NCBI GenBank assembly: GCA_044343935.1
Contig: JBIJDU010000006.1
Coordinates: 1,103-65,102, forward strand
Source: Candidatus Nanopelagicales bacterium
GTDB lineage: Bacteria > Actinomycetota > Actinomycetes > S36-B12 > UBA5976
Length of the DNA: 64,000 nucleotides
Direction: 5' to 3'
A program made the translations under genes and the position numbers. Shown here in pieces: positions 1-7,898 of the stretch (position 1 is the stretch's first letter; each line of letters starts with the position of its first letter). A model generated the notes under the pieces. It was not told where the DNA came from, ran no database searches, and was given only the letters and a program-made list of their open reading frames with translations.

Positions 1-12
1 CGTTATGTAATT

Positions 13-375
13 ATGAACGAACTTAAATTGCCTATCGGTTCTGAAGAGGAGCGCTCCGGCACTGATTATGAACAGCTAATTGTTGCGTTAGAACAGAAAA
101 TAGCAGAGCGAACAGAGTTAAATTTAGCCAATGTGTTTTTAGCGAACAAAGTTATAGATGGATTTGATCGCAATGCCAACTGGGCTAGCATCATGATGTA
201 TTTGGGAAAGAATTTTGGCGGAATAGGCTTCTATAACAAATTCTTCGCTACCTGTAATCGACTCAGTACCCCAATAAGTGATGCCGCAGCCATAACCAAT
301 TGGCAGCTGCAGGCTGAATATGCAGCTAATCGCGAGCTATCTGCCGTGTTTAATACCAGATGGAAAAAACCATAA
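13..375 (+). CDS. hypothetical protein (120 aa), convergent with integrase 1
   Basis: ATG-initiated ORF filling the space up to the integrase; no recognisable motif. Confidence 0.55.
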   Translation: MNELKLPIGSEEERSGTDYEQLIVALEQKIAERTELNLANVFLANKVIDGFDRNANWASIMMYLGKNFGGIGFYNKFFATCNRLSTPISDAAAITNWQLQAEYAANRELSAVFNTRWKKP

Positions 376-405
376 GCAGCAGTTAGCTACTTTTTGAAAA
401 GGCCC

Positions 406-1617
406 CTAACCAGTTTCTTCCAGCTTCTCCCCCATTGCCCTAATAGTTTCATCAATCTTCTTAGCAATATGAGTGTCACGCTCATGAGTTGCATGCTGAT
501 AACGCATTGCCGCATTCACGGTGGAATGACCAAGCCTGGCTTGTAGTTCTGCCATGGAAGCGCCATGTTGGGCAGCAAGAGTTGCGGCAAAATGTCTTAG
601 ATCATGCCAGTGAATATGTTCTAGATTGTTTTCTTTTCGGGCTTGATCCCACCAACCACGTCGTTCTTCAATCGTGATTGGCTGATTATCTGCCACTTCA
701 AAGATAAACGCATCTGGATCTAATCTGGTGTGATTGATTAGATGCGCTTGCAGCATCTCAAGCAAACTAGTTGGCACTGCAATTAATCTATTGCTGGTTT
801 TTGTCTTTGGTGGCCCAACTATTGCGCCTTTGCCCGGCACACTTACTACCGCCTGGCTTACTCGAATGGTGGCACGAGAGATATCAACATCACGGCGTCT
901 TAAGCCAAACAATTCACCGGCGCGCAGCCCACAAGTGCCGGCGATCAGAACTGCTGCGCGATATTTATCTGGCACAGAATTTGCAAGTTTAATTAACTCA
1001 TCTAGCGTAATAATTGGGCGCTCTTTGGTCTTTGAGTTCATGTGTTTGATTGTTGCTGGTGCTTTCTCAATTAAGCCAGCATTAGCCGCTTCATTAAGAA
1101 TTGCTCTGAGTACGCGATAGGCGTATTGAATCGTGCTAAGTGATGCCACTTGATTCATCGCATCTACCCAGGCCCGAACTAGCTGCTGATCAAATTCAGA
1201 TAAATAATGATCAGATAGTTTTCTGCCATTTACTGGTAGTTGCAGCCAGCGATCAATAATTCGCTGATAGTCATATCTAGTGCGATCCCGAAGATGCAGC
1301 GCAGCTTTTAGCCAGTCGGTGGCAAATTCACTTAACGTGACTGATTCCCCGTTATTGGTTGCTGCTTCCGCCAGGAATTGTGAGGCAATGCCCTTTTGAT
1401 GCAGCACTTGATATTTTGCTTGCCAGAGCTCTTCTACTACTTTTTGGCACCACGCTTCAGCTGCACTATAAGACTCGAAGGTGTGCGGGGCGGCAATGCG
1501 AATGCCGTATTTGCGCACGGTGGCGCTGTATCTGGTTGATGGAAGTTGGCGAATACTTCCAATGTTGCGCCGTCTACCTGGTAGCACAACTAGCCTGGTG
1601 GGAAGCCATGTCCCCAA
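406..1617 (-). CDS. phage-type tyrosine recombinase/integrase (integrase 1)
   Basis: N-terminal GSIRQLPS..APHTF arm-binding-like region; catalytic set GLRAGE (R), KTK (K), HDLRH (HxxR), LGH and RYQH (Y) all intact; TTG start uncertain. Confidence 0.93.
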   Translation of the reverse strand: MGTWLPTRLVVLPGRRRNIGSIRQLPSTRYSATVRKYGIRIAAPHTFESYSAAEAWCQKVVEELWQAKYQVLHQKGIASQFLAEAATNNGESVTLSEFATDWLKAALHLRDRTRYDYQRIIDRWLQLPVNGRKLSDHYLSEFDQQLVRAWVDAMNQVASLSTIQYAYRVLRAILNEAANAGLIEKAPATIKHMNSKTKERPIITLDELIKLANSVPDKYRAAVLIAGTCGLRAGELFGLRRRDVDISRATIRVSQAVVSVPGKGAIVGPPKTKTSNRLIAVPTSLLEMLQAHLINHTRLDPDAFIFEVADNQPITIEERRGWWDQARKENNLEHIHWHDLRHFAATLAAQHGASMAELQARLGHSTVNAAMRYQHATHERDTHIAKKIDETIRAMGEKLEETG

Positions 1618-1684
1618 TTTAAGTTAGCCCTCAGACAATTCTGCCTCTATATCAGCAAGCGAGTTGATGAAAAGTTTGCATATC

Positions 1685-1700
1685 GGGGGGGGGGGGGGGG
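1685..1700. repeat. G16 homopolymer in the divergent intergenic region between integrase 1 and protease
   Basis: tatc-(g)16-atga read directly. Confidence 0.9.
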
Positions 1701-1760
1701 ATGAATTAGAAGGCCGTTGTTAATAGACAAAATTGGCTTTGCTCACATTATGAGCAGCGG

Positions 1761-3482
1761 GTGAACAGGTGTGTAATTCAGACAATTTGCCAGAGATCGA
1801 TTGCAGTTGTGGCTGCTAGGCAGATAGGGCGATACGCTCGCCAGGTGCGCCGAAGAGTAATAACTGCCCTGACCCTGCTGGTATTCACGTTTTCTGCCCT
1901 CCCCGCCACCGCTAATGCATTACATGGCACTTATCAAGTGGATTTTGTCCCCATTAGCTCACCAGCTGGCACGCCAGTATTAACTGAAGCTCAGGTGCGC
2001 AATTGGGTGAGCAAGATGAGCGCAATTTATGAGAGCGCAACTGGTGGCAAGATCAAATTAGAGTTTCGCACCTTATATCCAACTCAAACCACACAAGATC
2101 GCATCACTAGCCCAACTGGGTTAAAGGGTAAATTTCCTGCAGCTAATGTGCCAAAAGCAAATACGGCAGTTAAAGCCATTTTAGTTGGCGTGATTGCAAA
2201 AGATAGCAGTGTGGGATTTGCGGGAATAGCCACCTATAACGGCGATGAAATACTGCTTAACGGGTTAGCCAATGATGATCCAGTAAATATTTCCGTCTTA
2301 GTTCATGAGTTTGGTCATAACTTAGGGTTAGCACATGCTAACTCAGCTAAATGCACTAATCCAGCAGATCTAACTACCTGCACCTTAACTGAATATGGGG
2401 ATTACTCCGACATTATGGGTAAGTACTTTAAATCGTATGTCAGTTACGACGCTCGATTTAATGGTATTAGCTTAAACAAGTTAGGTGTATTAACTGAGAA
2501 TCAAGTCTTTTTAGCAAACACAACGGCAGAGTTAGAGTTAGTTCCACTATATGGCACGCAACCTGGTTTTAAAGTGATTTATCTGCCACTGTATAACCGA
2601 ATGGGTTATGCGGTGGAATATCGGCCAGCAACTGGCGTTGATTCTTCACTGAATCAAACTCAAATCTTTACCAGCAATAACTCCTATTACACCAACACTC
2701 CCTCTTATGGGCTACAAGTTAGATTCATCGGTGGGCAAGTAACCGCTACCGAAAAGTTTTTACCTGACACGGATAAAACCAGCAATACGATCTTCTTTAA
2801 TCGAAATCAAATCCGACAAGGAATGGATGCCGGCGATTCCATCACTTTACCCGATGGCTCAGTGGTGAGTTTTGTCTCTGGCAGCGGCGATAGCGCAGTT
2901 AAAGTGAAAATTGAACGAACAGCAGATACCACCGCACCAACAATTAACACTGCCGAATTTTCCTTGGTTGATGAGGGTAAACTGCCTAAATTCCAACTGG
3001 AATATGAATCCTTATCTGATGATCGCTATGTCACTAAATTAGAACTACTAATTAACTCAAATGTGGTAACCACAATTACAAATCCCGGAGTAAGTGGGGT
3101 AATTGAGCATCAGCTAACTAGCGCGAAGCCATTTAGTTATCAGCTAATTGCAACTGATGGGGCGGGCAACCAAAGTAAATCTGCCGTAACGCCAGCAGTG
3201 GTTGGTTGCAGTAATGAAAAGTGTTATGTCGGGGCAACCTGGGAAGTTGAAGCACCTAGTTGGAAACAGAAACTTGGCAATGCCCAACTGCAGGTGTTAG
3301 TAAATAAAGCTTGGAAGATAGTTACCAGTTCGGCGCCAGTAAGAAAAGATGGGCTTTGGACTTATGACCTGAAATACACCCCAACAAAAACTGGCAAATT
3401 CAAGTATCGAATCTATGTGCTACCAACCAAGAATTGGGCGGCTTATATTGATCGGCCATTTACCCAGCAGGTACCTGGCTAA
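1761..3482 (+). CDS. secreted zinc metalloprotease (metzincin, M11/gametolysin-like) with C-terminal Ig-like domains
   Basis: HEFGHNLGLAH = HExxHxxGxxH; EYGDYSDIMG Met-turn; signal-peptide-like ALPATANA; true start probably downstream of the GTG called. Confidence 0.8.
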   Translation: MNRCVIQTICQRSIAVVAARQIGRYARQVRRRVITALTLLVFTFSALPATANALHGTYQVDFVPISSPAGTPVLTEAQVRNWVSKMSAIYESATGGKIKLEFRTLYPTQTTQDRITSPTGLKGKFPAANVPKANTAVKAILVGVIAKDSSVGFAGIATYNGDEILLNGLANDDPVNISVLVHEFGHNLGLAHANSAKCTNPADLTTCTLTEYGDYSDIMGKYFKSYVSYDARFNGISLNKLGVLTENQVFLANTTAELELVPLYGTQPGFKVIYLPLYNRMGYAVEYRPATGVDSSLNQTQIFTSNNSYYTNTPSYGLQVRFIGGQVTATEKFLPDTDKTSNTIFFNRNQIRQGMDAGDSITLPDGSVVSFVSGSGDSAVKVKIERTADTTAPTINTAEFSLVDEGKLPKFQLEYESLSDDRYVTKLELLINSNVVTTITNPGVSGVIEHQLTSAKPFSYQLIATDGAGNQSKSAVTPAVVGCSNEKCYVGATWEVEAPSWKQKLGNAQLQVLVNKAWKIVTSSAPVRKDGLWTYDLKYTPTKTGKFKYRIYVLPTKNWAAYIDRPFTQQVPG

Positions 3483-3542
3483 CTGGCGCCAGATTCAACA
3501 ATTCCCAAGAATCCAAAGCGCCATCCCGAGTATTATCTACTT

Positions 3543-4844
3543 ATGTCCTCCAGTAGTGAGCGGTTAGCAATCTCCCGGCTGAGCCATCGGTTTGGCTTTG
3601 GCCCAAAGCCCGGTGAATTTGCTCGGTTGATCAAAACTGGACAAAGCCAAGTTGCAACTCAATTACTTAACTCACCAGCGGTTGACATTTTCACGGCAAA
3701 TCAGATCCCGCCAAATGTTTATGATGCGGGTCGTCGACCCATGATGACGTCACCTGAATTAGGTAATTACTTAATTGATAAACGCACTCAATTTCAAAGT
3801 TTGCTGTTCTGGTGGCTAGACCGAATGGTGATTGCGGACCATGGCCTTATGGAGCGAATGACTTGGTTCTGGCATGGCCACTGGGCAACTTCCTACACCA
3901 AAGTAGATGATGCGCTGCCGATGTATCTGCAGAATCAAACCTTACGTCGACATGCGCTGGGAAATTTTGCGGCGATGTCAAAAGCGATGGTTAACGATGG
4001 CGCGCTGATTTTTTGGCTGGATGGACAACTCAATACCGCAAAAGCGCCCAATGAGAACCTTTCTCGCGAATTAATGGAGTTGTTTATTTTAGGCGTTAAT
4101 CGCTATTCGGAATCGGACGTTCGAGAAACCGCAAAGGCGTTAACTGGCTATAAGGTGGTTAAAAATACTGGGGTAGTGTTGTTTAACCCAAGACAGCACC
4201 ACAATGGGCCCATTAGTTTTCTGGGAACAACTGGAAATTACAACGCTGATTCGTTAAGTGATTATTTAGTAAGTCGAGCTGATTGTGCGAAATTTATTGC
4301 CGAGCGAATCTGGTATCGCTTCATTTCAAGTGACCATGAGCTAACGGGGATCAATTATCAACAAGCGTTTCAAGCAAGAGAAATCGCACCGCTAGTGCAA
4401 GCAATTGGTAACAGCGCTGCTATTGCTGATCCCCGCTACAGCATGGTGAAAAGTCCAGTTGATTGGTTAGTTTCAGTTTGTCGTGCCTTCAAAATTCTGC
4501 CAAGTCAGGTAAGAAATCCAACTCAGATCCGCATTGGCTTAACTACGTTAGGTCAACTGCCGCTCCAGCCGCCAAACGTTGGGGGTTGGCCAGCAGATCA
4601 AGCCTGGCTGTCCGCGGCATCAGCCCAGACCCGAATCTCGTTTGCTTCGATGCTTGCCGGTGAAGCAGATTTGTCTCCAATTGCTGATCTCAAAGCCACA
4701 GATCGAGTTGCTGCGATCGCTGATTGGCTTGGCGTATATCAATTTAGCGAGCGCACGTTAACTGCGTTTGAGTCAGCTCGAAAAGATCCAACCAGATTAG
4801 CAGTTCTGGCAATTTGTTCACCGGAATATCTGGTTGGGGCCTAA
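3543..4844 (+). CDS. DUF1800 family protein
   Basis: RLSHRFGFG, ERMTWFWHGHWATS, NENLSRELMELF.LG, PPNVGGW motifs; adjacent DUF1501 partner. Confidence 0.88.
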   Translation: MSSSSERLAISRLSHRFGFGPKPGEFARLIKTGQSQVATQLLNSPAVDIFTANQIPPNVYDAGRRPMMTSPELGNYLIDKRTQFQSLLFWWLDRMVIADHGLMERMTWFWHGHWATSYTKVDDALPMYLQNQTLRRHALGNFAAMSKAMVNDGALIFWLDGQLNTAKAPNENLSRELMELFILGVNRYSESDVRETAKALTGYKVVKNTGVVLFNPRQHHNGPISFLGTTGNYNADSLSDYLVSRADCAKFIAERIWYRFISSDHELTGINYQQAFQAREIAPLVQAIGNSAAIADPRYSMVKSPVDWLVSVCRAFKILPSQVRNPTQIRIGLTTLGQLPLQPPNVGGWPADQAWLSAASAQTRISFASMLAGEADLSPIADLKATDRVAAIADWLGVYQFSERTLTAFESARKDPTRLAVLAICSPEYLVGA

Positions 4845-4852
4845 GGAGAAAA

Positions 4853-6082
4853 ATGGATACCATCACGCGCCGAAAGTTTCTCCAAGTCTTTGGTGCTAGC
4901 GCGGCTGGCGCGGTTGCTACCACGCTGTCATACGACCAAATTGCACAAGCGGCAATTGATCGACCATTGCCCCTTGGCACCCCAATTTTGGTAGTGGTAA
5001 CCCTTTACGGTGGCAATGATGGCTTAAACACCGTTGTTCCAGTAACGGATCCGATCTATCAATCAATGCGCCCTGGCATTGCTTACACGCCAGATCAAGT
5101 GCTGCCACTTGCCGATAATCTCTACTTAAACGGTTCGATGGATGGCTTGCATTATTTGTGGCAACAAAACAAAGTTGCCATTGTGAGAGGAGTTGGTTAT
5201 CCAAATCCTGATCGATCCCATTTTGCTTCGATGGCCATTTGGCAATCGGCAAATTTAACTGCAGTTAAGTCTGGTTGGTTAGGCCGATGGGTAGAGACGC
5301 AGCCGAGAGATCCGCTGCTGGCAATTTCGTTAGGTTCCGTGCTGCCGCCACTGTTAGCTGGTTCTAAGCGTCCTGGTTCAGTATTGCCCTTAGGTGGTTT
5401 GAAAGTTCCAACCGGCCCATTAGGTGCTGAATGCCGCCGACTTTCCGCACCAAGTAAAAGTGATAACGAACTGCAAGCATTAGCAGCACAATCAATGCGA
5501 GATTTATTCACCGTTTCAGCTGATGTCACGCCAATTCTGAAAGGTCCGGCGCCAGCAGCGCCAGATCTACCAACTGCAATTGGTAGCAATGCTGGCGGTG
5601 ATACGAATTTGTCCCAACAACTAGATGTGGTAGCGAAGTTGATTGCTGCTGGTGCACCAACTCGAGTCTGGGTAACTTCGCTGGGTGGTTTTGACACTCA
5701 TGCTGATGGCAAGGATTCGCAATCTATTTTGTTGGATGTGGTTTCTGATGGAATTACTAGATTCATGTCACAGTTGAAATCAACTGAGCGAAGTAAAGAT
5801 GTGGTGGTGCTGGTTTACAGTGAGTTTGGCCGAAGGGTTAGAGCTAATGCTTCCGAAGGAACTGACCATGGCACCTCAGGCCCGGTATTTGTAATTGGTG
5901 ATCGGGTTAAAGGTGGTTTTTATGGCGATCAACCTTCATTGGCTAATCTCAAAAATGACGATCTGGCAGTTACGACAGATTTTAGAGACATTTATGCCAG
6001 CGTGTTAGAGCAGGTATTACAAACGCCAGCGGAGCGAATCCTAGGGAACTGGCGCAGTCGTATTCCGCTGTTTACTGCTTAG
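4853..6082 (+). CDS. DUF1501 family protein, Tat-exported
   Basis: start moved to ATG after AAGGAG; TRRKFL twin-arginine signal; LYGGNDGLNTVVP, GFDTH, SEFGRR, GTDHG motifs. Confidence 0.88.
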   Translation: MDTITRRKFLQVFGASAAGAVATTLSYDQIAQAAIDRPLPLGTPILVVVTLYGGNDGLNTVVPVTDPIYQSMRPGIAYTPDQVLPLADNLYLNGSMDGLHYLWQQNKVAIVRGVGYPNPDRSHFASMAIWQSANLTAVKSGWLGRWVETQPRDPLLAISLGSVLPPLLAGSKRPGSVLPLGGLKVPTGPLGAECRRLSAPSKSDNELQALAAQSMRDLFTVSADVTPILKGPAPAAPDLPTAIGSNAGGDTNLSQQLDVVAKLIAAGAPTRVWVTSLGGFDTHADGKDSQSILLDVVSDGITRFMSQLKSTERSKDVVVLVYSEFGRRVRANASEGTDHGTSGPVFVIGDRVKGGFYGDQPSLANLKNDDLAVTTDFRDIYASVLEQVLQTPAERILGNWRSRIPLFTA

Positions 6083-6084
6083 CG

Positions 6085-7839
6085 CTAGCGCCTCTTGTAA
6101 CCAGCAGGGCATTTTGGTTTTACCGCTTTCACCTTTTTAGTTTTTACCCCGTTAGTGCAGGTAATTGTTTTCGTTACTGGTGTCGGCACTACTACTGGTT
6201 TATTTCGCTCGGCTTCAAGGAGTCTAAATTCAGCTTCAGTCATTACCGAAAATGTGGCAGTATCGCCAATCACGCTGTGAGCAAAAACCACTAAGCCATC
6301 GGTCTTGGCATGTTGATTTGTTGACAGTGGCGCGGTGGCATATCGCTCCAGGTCGGTATTAAAGGAAACTGGCTTATCTTGCTCGGAGGCAATAATCTGA
6401 ACTGGCCCCTTAATTGATGCAATCGTAAAGTCAATCACGTATGCCAGCAGACCAGTGTTTGCACCTAAGGTATCAAAATTAGTATTAGTCCGATATTCAA
6501 TCATTAGCGCTTTGCTGCCACTAATGGGATGAATATAAAGCCGTTTACCACTCCCGGAGTTAATTGGGGCTAGGGTAATTTTTTCACTACTAATTGCAGT
6601 GAGCTGACAAACCACATCGGTATCAGGAAGCCAGCCTTGCACAAATCGATGAAAGCCCAGAAAAGTATTCGCGCTGCCAGAAGTGTTTCCCATTAAGTCA
6701 AAGGGCCCAGGAGATTTACCAGTATTTGGTCCAGATTGCAGATATAAGTCATACATCCCCAATAAGTGACCATACTCATGGGCGAATACCTTCCAACTTG
6801 GCACGCCAGGGGTATTGATGGTGCCAATTACGCCATTTACTAATTGGGAATTAACAATGGTGTCTTTGCCAGCAGTTAATTTGTGGCCAGGAAATGCGGA
6901 ACCATAATATCGCATGGAATCTGCAGTTGGGGCAAAAAAGTTAAGGCTGGCATAGCCTGATAGATCAGCTTGGGTGTTTGCAATTCGTAGTGCTTCATTA
7001 ATCAGGTTCAGATCTTTTCTGCCACCCTGAACATCAAATTTACCTTCACTATTAGGTGCAAAGCTCTTCTCGCTGCTATTTACTCTTACTACCTTTGGGT
7101 GAACATCAAATAAGACATTTAATTTATTGTAAGAATTAAACAAAAAGAACTCATTAGTTATCTTTGGCGATAACACATTGTTAACGCTTGTCATTAAATC
7201 GCCAGTAAACGGCGCATCGGGAAAATCCAGCACGATAATTAAGTTTTTAGTAGTGCCAGTAGCTGGCACTCGGTCGTTATTGCGCGGAAACCCTAATCGC
7301 AGCTCGCCTAATCGATAATCATCCATTTTGCAATCGGCCGGCAATCTGGCTGGAGTGTCAATCTTGAAGCCGAGACCGCCACCCTTGTAGTAACTAGATC
7401 CTGGTTGAATCTCAAACACTTTTTCATCAGTAGATAACTTAAGTCGCCAGGTAACGCCAGCTGCATTTCTAAAGTAATACCCAGCAGCATCTCGATTCAG
7501 ACTGCCAATCTGCCACGGCGGGGCTTGATCAGAGCTGCTTATTGAATCCAGTGCCACATAACAGCCGATTACCGAAATTGGCTCAGTTGCATAATCTGTG
7601 CTGTTTGGCTTGAGTAACGTAAATTCTTGACCAGTGTTTTGAAAAACTAATTTAGTGGTCTTTGGTGTTGGAAGAGTTGGTGAGACATCAACAATATTGG
7701 GGCAGGCGGCTAACCATTCTGGTCGCTTCAACCCATTGGCTTGTGCTGTTACTACCTGAAATAAGCTAAGTAACAGAAATGAAATTGAGAATAATGAAAT
7801 AAATCTGTTGCTGAATCTGACGGTATTGGCTCCGAGCAC
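6085..7839 (-). CDS. secreted M6-like (immune inhibitor A type) metalloprotease with basic Cx15C C-terminal tag
   Basis: signal peptide; HEYGHLLGMYDLY (HExxHxxGxxD); FDLMG Met-turn; tail TKTITCTNGVKTKKVKAVKPKCPAGYKRR. Confidence 0.82.
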   Translation of the reverse strand: MLGANTVRFSNRFISLFSISFLLLSLFQVVTAQANGLKRPEWLAACPNIVDVSPTLPTPKTTKLVFQNTGQEFTLLKPNSTDYATEPISVIGCYVALDSISSSDQAPPWQIGSLNRDAAGYYFRNAAGVTWRLKLSTDEKVFEIQPGSSYYKGGGLGFKIDTPARLPADCKMDDYRLGELRLGFPRNNDRVPATGTTKNLIIVLDFPDAPFTGDLMTSVNNVLSPKITNEFFLFNSYNKLNVLFDVHPKVVRVNSSEKSFAPNSEGKFDVQGGRKDLNLINEALRIANTQADLSGYASLNFFAPTADSMRYYGSAFPGHKLTAGKDTIVNSQLVNGVIGTINTPGVPSWKVFAHEYGHLLGMYDLYLQSGPNTGKSPGPFDLMGNTSGSANTFLGFHRFVQGWLPDTDVVCQLTAISSEKITLAPINSGSGKRLYIHPISGSKALMIEYRTNTNFDTLGANTGLLAYVIDFTIASIKGPVQIIASEQDKPVSFNTDLERYATAPLSTNQHAKTDGLVVFAHSVIGDTATFSVMTEAEFRLLEAERNKPVVVPTPVTKTITCTNGVKTKKVKAVKPKCPAGYKRR

Positions 7840-7898
7840 GGCCAGATTTTACAGGTCAAGCGACTTATTACCTGGGCATAGCGGTTCGGTAGCGAGTG

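Noticed and set aside
406-1617. Integron integrase (IntI) with a cassette array
   Set aside because: Both integrases look like phage-type enzymes with an arm-binding-like N-terminus; no IntI-specific insertion or series of attC sites was seen. The single attC-like hairpin is kept only as a low-interest finding.
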